DNA from: Octopus sinensis
Lineage: Eukaryota
Length of the DNA stretch: 64,000 bases
Assembly (NCBI RefSeq): GCF_006345805.1
Contig: NC_042997.1
Coordinates: 64,728,001-64,792,000, forward strand
Direction of reading: 5' to 3'
The notes beneath the pieces were generated by a model. It did not search any database, was not told the origin of the DNA, and saw nothing but the letters and a program-made list of their open reading frames with translations. Below, in pieces: positions 39,873 to 52,680 of this stretch (position 1 is its first letter; every line of letters starts with the position of its first letter). Made by a program: the position numbers and the translations under genes.

Positions 39873-40125
39873 TGGAGAGGGAGCGCTAAGCAATTATATG
39901 CATAAACGCAATGTTATTACCAGTTCAATCATGTTTGTGGCACGTTTGGACTTGTAAATAAGCCATTCGCTGTGTTGTGTGATGGGGAAAATATGCCCGC
40001 AGATTATATAACCACTCCGAAATGCTTGCATCTTACAGTCTACATTGATGATGCTGCGATACGATCTAAGTGTATTTTCAACATTTGTCTACAGCGAGAC
40101 AGTTTCCCTTAGCGCTCCCCCTCTG
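39873..40125. mobile_element. Tc1/mariner-type MITE (~250 bp)
   Basis: 18-bp TIRs (C/T)(A/G)GAG(G/A)GGGAGCGCTAAG, 15/18 match; TA on both flanks (39871-72, 40126-27). Confidence 0.55.
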
Positions 40126-40744
40126 TATATTAAACTTATCCTATATTATAACCTATTTGCTATTTACTTACATATTTGAACCTTTAACTTTTAATTCAAT
40201 ACTTTTTCTTGCTGATATCAAACTATGTATTTTGTAAACTTTGTCCCTATATATATATGAATTTCTTCTCTTCATACCAAAGCTATCTCATATTTAGGTC
40301 TTGAAATCTTGGTGGATATCTCTTCGCATTTTGGAAAATTGTGTCATTGATTTATGTTGATTTTGTTCACATTGTCTTCCATATATTCTACGATTGTTTA
40401 GAATATTTACCTATAATTTAAATTTCTTATTTTTAAAAATTTAATAAGGCTCATAGCTTTTGTTGGTACGAATCCCAATACTTCACAAACATTGTTTCTA
40501 AATACGTTTATTTCGTTGTAGTTTGTTATTATTATTATTTAACTGTTTTTCTTTATGCTAACGATCTTTTATTTTCTAGATTTTTAATAATAAATATATA
40601 TCTCTGCCTTTATTACGTTATTAATATCTACTAATTACTATTTAAATACAACGTTCTTTCACCTGAGGACGGACCTTAAATGCTGCATTATTTGAAGGAT
40701 TTTTTTGCATTTTGTATCAATGCAGGCATGTAAGTAGTTTATGT

Positions 40745-40873
<129 letters not shown>

Positions 40874-42696
40874 ACGGAGATGTACTCGCATAGCAAGTGA
40901 TTTGATCTGAGATCGTGTGCTGGAACGAAAACAGTTGCAGCGTGGAAGGTGTTTGTAAGCCATTTAAGAAACACACAAAAGCCGTTGGATTCACTTCAAC
41001 ATTTAAGTTTAATTTGTCAAAATATTTTCGTCGTTAAATTCCGCGACCTGTTCACTGACAAAATCCGTGCTGCATCTGAGAAAGTAACAGTTAGTTCGTC
41101 ATATATATGTACGTATGTATGTTATGTGTGTATGTATGCATGTATACACGCATGTATGCATGCATGCATGTATGTATGTATGTACATACGCCTGTGTGTA
41201 TGTATGCATGTATGTATGTGTGTGTGTGTGTAGATAGATAGGTATGCATTTATATAAATATATACTAATACATGTATACACTCACAAAAATACGTGTGTG
41301 TGTGTATGTATACATGCATGCATATAGATAGACAGATAGATTGATAGATAGAATCATGCATACATATACACAAACATGTATAAATAGCATATACACACGG
41401 GCACGCATGCACACAAGTCTGTGTATGTGCGGGCACGCGCGCGCGTGTGTGTGTGCATAAGCGTTTTTGTCTGTCTGTGTGTCTGTTTGGTTCCTTGTGT
41501 CTGTGTGTACATGTGAACTTTGTCTACATAAAATGTCATTGCCGTCCCTTATGTAATCTATATGGAATTTTTATATAATACTTTCATTATAGTCTCATAT
41601 CTTCGCTACGTCTACAGTAAAGAGTACTACAGTAAGTGAGAAACATCTGTATGCACTAAATATGTTTGTATTCGTCATGTCCAAAATATTAGATAATTTA
41701 TTTCTATCATCAAACCTCATAACTTTTACTAATCACCAGAATCTTTCGCACCTTCCAAGAACATGCATTAAGAGAAATCTAGCTTAATAATAGCAAAATA
41801 CTTTAGACTATCTGCAAATCATCCTCTTACAGTTACGTTTCTGATGGTGTGAACTATTGATTAACGATAAACATCCATCTGCAAACTACCACCTTGTCTA
41901 TGTTTACGGAATAATTAATACGTAAGAAACACGTTCTCTTTGCTGGCTCATTATTTCCCACTTTAACACATCCGCTGCATACATAGGGTGAGGCTGTAAA
42001 TCTTGATCTAGAAACGCAGCTCTACTATCGAATACATTGAGGATCACGTTTTAATTAATAATGCACACTTGAATGCTTTAGAGGACTTCTTTAGAAGGTC
42101 GCTTGATATAGAAATAACATCACAACAATGAACGAAGTAAAGTTTTCATGAAAAGGAGTGCAGTTCCTACACTATTATATAACACGAAATAAATTGTATA
42201 AAATAGATTAATTTCCTCACAATTGACTCATGGAAAGAACACGAAAGAAATCTAATAAAAACATGAAGGGCATTACTTATGGATGTGAGAGATGTTAAAC
42301 ACCAAATGAAAGATATATCTGAAGTAAGACGGATTCTTCAATTCATTTCCTATCGTTTCGTCCCTTTGATACCGTTTCTGGTCATTTGTTTAGCATCTCA
42401 ACATATGGAAAGAGGTATGCATTCCATTTAATAAACATACATGGTAACATAAATCGAACATTTCGTTTCGTCACTCGTTCTGTAGTCTTTAATTACCCTC
42501 CCTCTGAAATGGTTATATTGATAAAAAGAAAATAACTTGGCATCCCATCTTGATCGAGAGTGATTTCGATATATTCAAACTTACATTCCTGTGTAAAGTC
42601 GACTGGGTTATGAAAACCTTTATATTTCGATATGTTTCAATTGATTCTTAAAACCATTACTCGTTCTAATCAATTTTGTACATTCAGCACAGAAAA

Positions 42697-42760
<64 letters not shown>

Positions 42761-45700
42761 GTATATACACACACACACACAAATATTTATGTGTGTGTAT
42801 ATGTGTCTCTCTCTTTTAACATAGTGATATTGATGAAAAGAAAACAGCTGAGCACTCCATCTCAGTTGGAAGTGAATAGGATATGATCAAACTTACATGG
42901 CTATGAATTTCAAATCATGAATACTAGATTCTCAATTAGGTCAGAGGGTAGTTTTTAACCACCAGCCTTTGGTAGATTAGGAATTAATGAGTTTCAGATA
43001 TATTGTGTCCAATTACTGGTTACTAAGTCAGATATAATATAAATATATGAGGTACGTATATCTTACTCGTGAAACCTCACTCTAGCCTAATCTAGAGTCT
43101 AGTATTTCTGATTCGAAATTTAGATCTAGGATCAATAGAGGATCAAACTGATAACTGTTTTTTTTTAGTCGTATCAGTTCTCAAGATATTCGTCTCACGT
43201 TCGTTGAAATCAAAATCAACAGTCAGTCCCATACCAAATACAATGTTAGTTAAATCTACATGCACTTCGTTCAATTTAAATCATGACAGTGGTTGGACCT
43301 TAAGTAAAATTCAATGGACTACTAAGGATCCAAATGCAATTTCAACACGTCAATGTGGCGTCAGACACATCTAAATTAAATATGCTGTATAATTGACCGC
43401 AGAAAAAAATATGATTTATTAATGTCTGTATTCATATCTTAAGTACATTTGTTAAGTCATTGAATTTAAGAGGCAAAGACGTGTAGCTTATATGTAAATT
43501 GAAATCATATTACATACCCTTAGCAAAAAACTCCCATCCAACATAGGCCCACATTTTTCAGTCAAGCGATTTCGACGAAACAACTAAAATAACTAACTCA
43601 AGTATTGATTTGATGGTTTTTGTGATTGTTCTTTCAATGACCGTTGCCCATTATGCTCAGAGATAAGGAAATATACAATGCGATAACGACTATATTCAAA
43701 ACAGCGTTTTCATACATGATTTGAGATTACTACGATAAACAGAAAATATGTAGTGAATATTTTTGTTACAAATTATTAATCTCTTCAAGAGACTGTCGAT
43801 TAATTTTCAAAATAATTTCAGGATGTAACATGTTGTCTTCATTGATTGATATTTGTTCTATGACATAACTGAAGAAAAACGGCTAAAATCTTTATATTGT
43901 TCAATTCAATATTTCTCATCGTGTACAATCTTTATTTTTACAAATATTATATGGATTACAAGGGTTATGAAATAGAATGCTGTGACATTCACATTTTCTC
44001 AAGTAGAAATATAATGGATTTCAAACATTAATTAAAAGAACAAATGTTTCAGATTACTGAATCATAACCATTTCACAATAATTCTGCTATTAAAGCACCC
44101 ACTAAATTAATAACATTAAATTCCGAGAAAAGTAATTTAATGTAATATCACCAAAAGGAAGTTTTTCATTGTATCACCAAGAAATTCTCTTGCCAAGTGC
44201 GATATCCTAGGTTCTATCTATCTATCTGCATGGCACAACGACGAAGTGTCTACTATCATATTTTCGGATTGACTGATAATTTTCGCGTAAACGTGGTAGA
44301 AAAGTAGTCAAGTAAATGGTACCAGTCAAAAATCTTCTAAGCAAAATAGTCGATTTCGATATCTATAACATACCTTCCGTGATTTCTTTCTTATTTCACT
44401 GTAACCAACATGTTAGTATTTCTCCCGCGCTTACAGACCTCCCTGCATATCTCAGAGCTTTTATCACCAAGAGGCGGTTACTGTGTAGGTAGCAGAGCAA
44501 CTCACAGCCAAGTGTATCCTTGCCCCAATTTTAAAATATTAGGTTCTGTGTTTTGAATTACCTATGTCCAATTTCAATCACATGGCCTACGTCAACCAAA
44601 TGCTATAGCAAAAGACATAATTACATGTAGTGGAATCCAAAACGAGACATTCTTAACCATTCCGAATATTTCAATTATTGCATAACCTTGGCTTTCAAAA
44701 CTTTTCCTTTTCAATACATTTCTCTACATATCGCTGCACATTACATCGCTAAAATATATCTTTGCTTTTCCTACCCCGGGTAACTAACATAGGAACACCG
44801 TAGTATTTGTACAGAGACTTTCACAGCAATTGCATATCTTATAATTCGACTGTAAAAGGGCTTTCTATGCTCTTCATCATGACAAGGTTTAAAGCCTTGG
44901 GCATATTAGTACTCCTTAATCTCTCGACGTGTTGAGGATAGGAGTTAAATTCATTCTTGAAGAAGTTCAACTTTTAACATGCTTTCCTTTCAAAGCTGCC
45001 TTACTGAAGTATATATAAGTCAGTATATTTTAATGGCAATGTATTTGTAACTTTGACTTAGTACAAAACAAAACAAAATCCTCATTCCATGAAAATAGTT
45101 TTGTAGAGACATGTATTTTGGTGTTGACCTTGTAACGAATGTCTACGAAAACACCAAATACCCACCAGTTTGATGGACGATCAGTATTTCTTAGACATGA
45201 TAATTTGGAAAGCAAATCCTTGAATAGTGAGATGGGAAATAAAGCAATATTTTGAATATTTAGAGGTACGTAAATATGTATTTATTTCTTTTATTTATTT
45301 TAACTCCTCTACATATCTCAAACCAAAGGCCATGGCCATATTTGAGTATCCTCGGCGTAATCACCAATCATTTCGGTTATTTTCTTGCTAGAATGTTTCT
45401 TGTGATATGCATGGAAGTCGATTAGGAACAATATCAATAGCAGTTTATTACATGTGCTTGTTACACGAGCTCAAAACTCAGATGACCGTAAATATTTTAG
45501 TGCCCCTTCTACTTAAGTTATTATGGGCAATACTGTTATCATAATTCCTTTCTTAGTCTATTCATACGCTTGCATATAAAAACACACGAATATCATTTCG
45601 CGCGTAATCTAATATATCAGTTGTCTCTTGTCTCTTGTCAAAAACCGCAGATAGCTGTATAATATATGTATTCTAATCAAATGACTGGTTTTAACCAAAA

Positions 45701-47254
45701 AATAGCTATTTAATTACTTTAGAAAATCATAAGTGCAAGACTTTAGTAATTTCTGGAAACGCACCACCTGAACTAAAGCATAATATCGCTGGATTTATGC
45801 AAGTGCTGATAGCTGGTCATGTTGCTAATATTTTTCACTTTCAACAGATGGACCGATACATTAACTCATGCTTACCAACTCACTTGCTTTCTCATTTCTC
45901 TTTCTCTGAAAAAAAAAGTGTTTCTACCGACATAATTTGTACTGTACTGTGCAGATATCTATGCAGATATTTTCCTATGTATAACTTCTTTAACTTCGTA
46001 GCTAAACGTGCCAAAGATACGCAATCTCATATTTATTCTCTCTATGTTATATTTGAAAACAGACTATTCATTACTGTCATTCCTGGCTGTATTTTTTTAA
46101 TCTGTGGACTAGAATTTCTTTTGCGAATAGCTAAATAAAACATTTTTGAGAATATTTTGCCAACAGCAAGTTAATGCATCTCTACTCCTCCTCATCGTCA
46201 TCATTATCATCAACATCATCACCGTCATCATAGCTTCATCATCATCTTAGCCGTCGTTATAGCCACAGTCATTGTTGTCATCAAAGTTATTTAATAACAT
46301 TATTTTGACTGTAAATGCAAGCACCATAGTCCCCAAAGGTATAATATACTCGGTATATAATGTACTTTGAAATTTGAGAACTTACCCAGGAATTCCAAAG
46401 TTTTCTCGTTCAGTGAGTTTCATATTCCCAATTTCAAATAGTACCAGATCCATATTCGAAAAGCAATATCACAGCAGAACGTTAGACAAAGAACATAGCT
46501 GCCACGCTAGAACATCATTTTTTTCATAGTCAACATACTTCGTTAAATATAATATAGGACCAATTTTGAAGGTTAAATTGATTTCAATAATATGTTTGAA
46601 GACAACAATCGTACGCTGCGAAATAAACTGCAGCTGTTTATCAGCTCAAATGAACCACACTGACTTTGACCAGCATGAATTCACAGGTTAGCTGGCTATT
46701 ATTAGATATCCGAGTGGAACTGACACTAAAATCACTTTATGCAAGAAAATGACGTGAAGCTGTTGCAGTTTATGCCAATAATGCAAGATATATTTCTCAT
46801 GGTAAAGGAAAACATACTTATGAAAGGATGCACAAAGTCCACTGAAGAAATCTAAGAAGAAAAAGACAACTTAAGAATGTAAGTCATACATGTTGAAAGG
46901 AAGATAATACTCACTAGAAAATGAGAGGAGTAAAGGCGAGAAAGATGTCGAAAAATAAACATCTATCTCAGTTTGTTTTCAAAGATGTCAACGGGTCACT
47001 TAATATGCAACTAAGTATCGTATGATCAATAGATATCATGGAAAAGCATTCACTATCTTACCGAAACACACAAAAATATTTGAGCAAGTTGGGATCCTCA
47101 ACACTGATACGTTTCATAGGGGAATATCTCAAATAGGATAAGATATTGATTTAATATATCACATATATAAAATTTATACAAATAAGTAACTCTTATTTCT
47201 ATTTCGCAAAGCATTTTAATTGATACATATAAAATATGCCTAAACAGTTTATTT

Positions 47255-47480
47255 TGCCTTTTATTTGTTTCAGTTATTAAACTGCGGCCATGAAGGAGCA
47301 CCGTCTTGAAGAACTTTTCGTCGAATGAATCGACCCCAGTACTTAGTTTTTTTTAAAACCTGGTACTTATTCCATCGGTTTCTTTTTGCCGAATCACTTA
47401 TTGCAGGGACGTAAACAAACCAACACCGTTTTAAACAGAGGTGATGAATAAACACAAACAAAAACACGCACACGCACAGG
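47255..47480 (-). mobile_element. SINE family A-related, 3' half
   Basis: TTTGTTTCAGTTATTAAACTGCGGCCATGAAGGAGCACCG...TCGACCCCAGTACTT...TTTTGCCGAATC. Confidence 0.8.
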
Positions 47481-47600
47481 ACTAGCATTGCTAGAAATAA
47501 GAGTTAAAATAACTCTTAGCCACAAACAGAGCATTTTCAGACGAACAGACTACTTTCTGTTCACTAAGAAGGGAGATTGCCTCCCCACAGCAAACGAGGG

Positions 47601-47650
47601 CGTCAGATTGGCCGGCCGACTTCGGGTAATAGTAATCCTCATCAGTGTCG
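47601..47650 (-). ncRNA. Degenerate type I hammerhead motif with GGCCGGCC palindromic stem III
   Basis: Minus: CGACA-CUGAUGA-GGAUUACUAUUACCC-GAAG-UC-GGCCGGCC-AA-UC-UGACG; GAAG instead of GAAA, stem II 4/6 pairs, stem I 4/5 pairs. Confidence 0.5.
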
Positions 47651-47844
47651 TTGCTCTATTGCTGATAAGTAAGCTAAATCGACTTGTCAGTTTATAGAAT
47701 ATTCCATAGGAATCAATAGCTGAGCCGGTAGAATGGTAAAATGAAACATAAAATTATTAAAGTATCTAGATGCGACTTAAAATGAATAAGGGTGCTAGTC
47801 ATCCTTTTGGCTCTAAATTGCGTCTGGCCACTTTAATAATTTCA

Positions 47845-47921
<77 letters not shown>

Positions 47922-47924
47922 AAT

Positions 47925-48533
47925 TATATATAAATTAATATGTTCAATAAGAAATAATTATTTTCGAAATTTTTTCTCTTATGAGGTTTTTACGCTATCT
48001 ACCTGACAATTCTTGTTAAGTTTTCCTTATTAAGTAGTTGTCCTTAATTGCTAAATTTTTATTCCGAAAAAACTTTTCCTCTCCCGAAATGCAATTCGTA
48101 AAAGTTTACCATTTACCCGGAGTAATATATATAAACTCACCCATGTGCTTCGTTGATGTTGATCAGTTAGCTGATCGGCTTAAGCGAGGCAGGGTCGTTG
48201 TTTATTTATAATACATTCAGGCCTGCTGATGATTACGTAAGTATGAAATCACTGTGATACAGGTCTATATTTTTAAATGTCTTACTTTGAAAAATTGCAT
48301 TCGGTGGGATTAGTAATATTTTTGGTAGAAATGACTGATTGTCCCTCTTAGCGTTTGGCATGTATGTAGAATGCCTCTTGGCATGTATGTATAATGCCCT
48401 CTATATATAAATTAATATGTTCAATAAGAAATAATTATTTTCGAAATTTTTTCTCTTATGAGGTTTTTACGCTATCTACCTGACAATTTCTTGTTAAGTT
48501 TTCCTTATTAAGTAGTTGTCCTTAATTGCTAAA

Positions 48534-48534
<1 letters not shown>
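47925..48534 (+). mobile_element. Retrozyme-like / PLE pLTR-like unit: 477-bp monomer plus 133-bp terminal redundancy, in (TA)n
   Basis: 47925-48056 equals 48402-48534 except for one T indel; HHR motif in between; (TA)n on both flanks. Confidence 0.65.
48219..48266 (+). ncRNA. Minimal type I hammerhead ribozyme motif, core intact
   Basis: AGGCCUG-CUGAUGA-U-UAC-GUAA-GUA-U-GAAA-UCAC-U-GUGA-UA-CAGGUCU: 7-bp stem I (one G.U), GNRA-capped stem II, palindromic stem III, AUA triplet; predicted cut after 48259. Confidence 0.8.
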
Positions 48535-48584
<50 letters not shown>

Positions 48585-49039
48585 TATACGTGCACATATG
48601 TTGAAGTGCAATCAATAACAAGCCTACGAGAAACTTGACGTGAGAAGTGGTAATTCAAAAGTTTCGGACAGTCTCCTTCAGAGTAAAGTTGAAAGGTGAA
48701 GAATAAATGAGAGATAGTAGAGTTTTAAATACTCTAATTCAAAAAAGAGAACTTTGTAACTCTGCAGTATCTTATTTATTTCGCTACTTTTGACCTTTTC
48801 GAAACAGTGGATATTCCATTACCAACCTCAAGTTCACTATACACTTTTCCGCAATTTCTCTACACAAGTCTTAACGAAAAGACCAACATCAGCATCTCTG
48901 GAGTTTAATCATGTACATGCATACGAACTTACAGACACCATACACACACATACATACATATATACATACATACATACACACACACATAAGAATGCATTCA
49001 TACATATATATATGTATATATGTGTGTGTGTAAGTATAT

Positions 49040-49433
49040 ACTCTTACTCTTTTTATTTTTCTCAGTCATTTGTGTGCGGCCATGCTGGAGCACCGCCTTT
49101 AGTCGAGCAAATCGACCACAGGTCTTACTTTTTGTAAGCCTTGTACTTATACCATCAGTCTCTTTTGTCAAACTGCTATGTTACGGGGATGTAAACACAC
49201 CAACATCTGTTGTCAAGCGATGTGGGGGACAAACACAGACACACAAACATATACATGCATGAATATATATATATATATACGACGGGATTTTAGTTTCCTT
49301 CTACCAAATTCACTCACAAGGATTTGGTTGGCTCGGGGCTATATTAGAACACTCGCCCAAGGTGCGACGCAGTAGGTCTGAACCCGGAAACATGTGATTG
49401 GTAAGCAAGCTACTTACTACAGCCATTCCTGTC
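49040..49433 (-). mobile_element. SINE family A, full length (tRNA head, CORE-like segment, central microsatellite, tail)
   Basis: Minus: AGGAATGGCTGTAGTAAG (A-box-like), GGGTTCAGACC (B-box-like), CACCTTGGGCGAGT (CORE-like), central (CA/TA)n, tail GGCGGTGCTCCAGCATGGCCGC. Confidence 0.88.
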
Positions 49434-49884
49434 CCTTTTATATATACATTTATATATATATATATATATGTATTTCTACATTTAGATATGATTCTATAAA
49501 ATCATAGCATATCAAATTTTTACATTATAAGCCTGTGGTGGAAAACTGAGACGTGCACGATACCAGTATACAGTGGCCGACAAAGTATTTGACTTTAGTC
49601 AGGGGGACAAAGGGGAAATTGATATCTATGCAGCTTTGACTGTCTTCTACTTTACCAATCTATTCAAAGCTAACGTAAGTACACTGAAGAGAATTCAGTT
49701 AAGGTTACATCACTTGCTATGTTCTGCATTTGAAGTGTTACATATATAAAAATAAAAACGAATATTTTATACGTGGAATGAAAGTATTCATAGTGCAAAA
49801 TAATGATTGTTAATACTCAACCATTATTTTAAAGGAAATTATATATATACACCCACATGAACACACAAACACACACATAGACAT

Positions 49885-50247
49885 ACGACGACGAGGGTGC
49901 AAGATCATCCAATCAACGGAACAGCCAGTTCGTGAAATTAACGTGCAAGTGGCTGAGCACTCCACATACACGTGTACCCTTAAGGTAGTTCTCGAGGAAA
50001 TTCAGCATGACATCGAGTGCGACATGGCTGGCCCTGTGAAATACAGGTACAACAGAAACAGGAAGAAAGAGTGAGACAAAGATGTGTTGAAAGAGTACAA
50101 CGGAGTCCGCAATCACTACCTGCTTGAACCTCATGGAGATTTAAGTGTTTTCGATCAATAAACACTCAAAACGGCCGGCCTGGTGATCGAAATCGTGATC
50201 TGATGACTGCGAGTGTGATGCACTAACCACTGGCAAACTGTGCTTCC
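49885..50247 (-). mobile_element. tRNA-derived SINE family B
   Basis: Minus: CAGTGGTTAGTG (A box), GATTTCGATCACC (B-box-like); body shared with 11752-12008. Confidence 0.8.
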
Positions 50248-50282
50248 ATATATTCATATATACATACATACATACGTATTTT

Positions 50283-50318
<36 letters not shown>

Positions 50319-50383
50319 TATATATATATATGTATACATGTTTATATATATATTATATATATATATACGTAGATATATATATA

Positions 50384-50426
<43 letters not shown>

Positions 50427-51444
50427 TATATATGTTTGTTGTTTACGCAGACATTTTTGTTTTTTACATTTTGTAAATTGTCACTAAGTATATATATATA
50501 TATATATAATATATATATATTTAGACATTATTCCTCATTTCTTAATTACAAATCCATAATTACAAAGAATGATATAATTAATGAAAATAATTAATAATTT
50601 ATCTGCTTACTAAAAATATATAACTTAATTAAATTAGCTAGTATTTAAAGAAATCATAAGTATTTTAATGCGTACATATATATATGCGTATATATACAGA
50701 TATATATACATATACATGTATATATATTATAAACCACCACGTTCCTCTAAACACTTACTAAATATCTAACTCGCTTTGTCATCATGATGCGCCTAACCTC
50801 ACGTGTGCTTAGGCTCACATTTTTGTATGAGCGTTTGTACTCATGCCATGCAGCTTGCCCGAGGGCGTTTATACATACATAACTGTATATATTATAACTG
50901 TATGTATTATAACTGTATGTATTATTACCAAAATTTGAATTTGGCAGTATAGGAACTTTAAAATCGTTTCGTAAAATTTAAGGTAACCTACTATTTCTTA
51001 AAAAATAGTAGGTGACCTTAAATTCGTAGGTACTTTATTACCTACAAATATTGTGTAGCTAATTTTCAAGCTATGCCTGTCATTCAAAATTCTCAATATC
51101 ACGTTTTTCAGTCATTCATATCTTAACAATAATCTCATTTGAAATGGAGGATCACTTTCTCAAGGTCAAGAATTGATTTCTAAATCTATTTCTTTCTGAA
51201 CCAAATAAGGTGCAGTTTAGGAAATTCCATGGCAAAAGTTAATTCTGCTATGAATAGGTCGTTCTTCTATAAATAGTTCGCCTGAAATGTCAGAGCAGAA
51301 GTACTATTTTTTCTTATACTCCGTATGATCCGATTGTCTATCTCTTAAAATAAAGAACCCTGGATATTGTTGTATACAAAACTACACACACAAAAAAGTT
51401 TAAACACATCTTACAATATAGTATTGTAAGTAGTATTACATATT

Positions 51445-51572
51445 GGTTTAAATTTTGGCAAAAGGCCAGCAAGTTGCGGGAGGTTAAGTCGATTACTCAA
51501 ATAGTATTTATTTCATCGACCCTGAAAGAATGAAAGGCAAGGGGTGACATCTGCGAAATTTGTACTTAGAAT
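51445..51572 (-). mobile_element. SINE family C fragment
   Basis: Reverse complement contains TTGCCTTTCATTCTTTCAGGGTCGATGAAATAAATAC. Confidence 0.7.
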
Positions 51573-51774
51573 GTGCCAGTAATATTATATATTGAAATAT
51601 TTGTCCTCTGAACGAAAATGTTGTCAATCGAAATGGCCCTTTTGTAAACAACAAAATTATATACTTGTATGCATTTAGATAAATAGGTTGATAAATAAAT
51701 ATATAAATACTTATATATATATATATATATAATATATATTATATATATATATATATATATATGTATATAAATCA

Positions 51775-52571
51775 TCAGAAGCTCATATACACCGCTGGTC
51801 ACAATCAGGTTCCAGTATTTTCATGACCGCTTTATTCTTTTCCATCATGACAAGATTTCCTGAGTAAATCGTCGTAATGAAGGTTTTCCAAGGGATCTTT
51901 TCCTGACCTCTTGGGTACCACTTGGCAACTGCACACGTCCATCTGTTGCCTGTGAACCTCGCAACATGCCTAGCACAACAAACCGTGTGCTTTAGATACT
52001 CTGCGATCACCTCGTTTACTCTGCTCCGTTCTCGAATTATCATATTTCGAATGTGCTCTCTCCTTAGCATGGATTGTCCCATGTCCCTTTGCGTCGTAGC
52101 CAATTGATGTTCTATTCTCCTGGTAGTAACCCTCATCTCACTTGCATATAAGAGCGTAGGTAGGAAGATGCAATTGAAAATTTTGGCACGTATACGATTG
52201 CCTAGCTTTGCTTGGAGCACATCTTTAATTCGGTTAAATACCTGCGATACTGCTCTTATTCTCTGAGATTTATGCAGCCACATTTCTGTGCATATTTACT
52301 GTGTACCCTAAGTAGTCAGACTCCTTTACCTACTTGATTTCGTTACCTCCCATCTCTATTCGGCCTTATTCTACATCTTCCGACCTCATATGTCTTGTTT
52401 TTCTGTGTGCATTTTAACACTTACTACAAGGCTCTGTGTGTTCAGCTCTGTCAGCATGGTGCGAGGCTGGGAGTTTCAGCGATGAGTAGAATGTCATCTA
52501 TAAACCGGAGGTTTGTTAGTTGCATCACAACTCCTGAAGTTGTTGGAGACTTCATTCCATGTAACAATATA

Positions 52572-52632
<61 letters not shown>

Positions 52633-52680
52633 ATATATCCAGTTCATACCTTCTACATGCAGCATCCACTACGTATTTTA
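51775..52680 (-). mobile_element. RTE-clade LINE fragment (RT C-terminal half), interrupted by (TA)n at ~52566-52640
   Basis: LTNLRFIDDILLIAET (~52520-52470), LPTLLYASE, HVARFTGNRWT..VAKWYPR; an older relative of 37520-38015. Confidence 0.85.

Noticed and set aside
42250-42350. ITYGCER, like the RTE YGCE motif
   Set aside because: Single short motif without flanking support.
49040-49433. A/B-box heads of SINEs as possible tRNA genes
   Set aside because: No cloverleaf; they continue into SINE bodies present in several copies.
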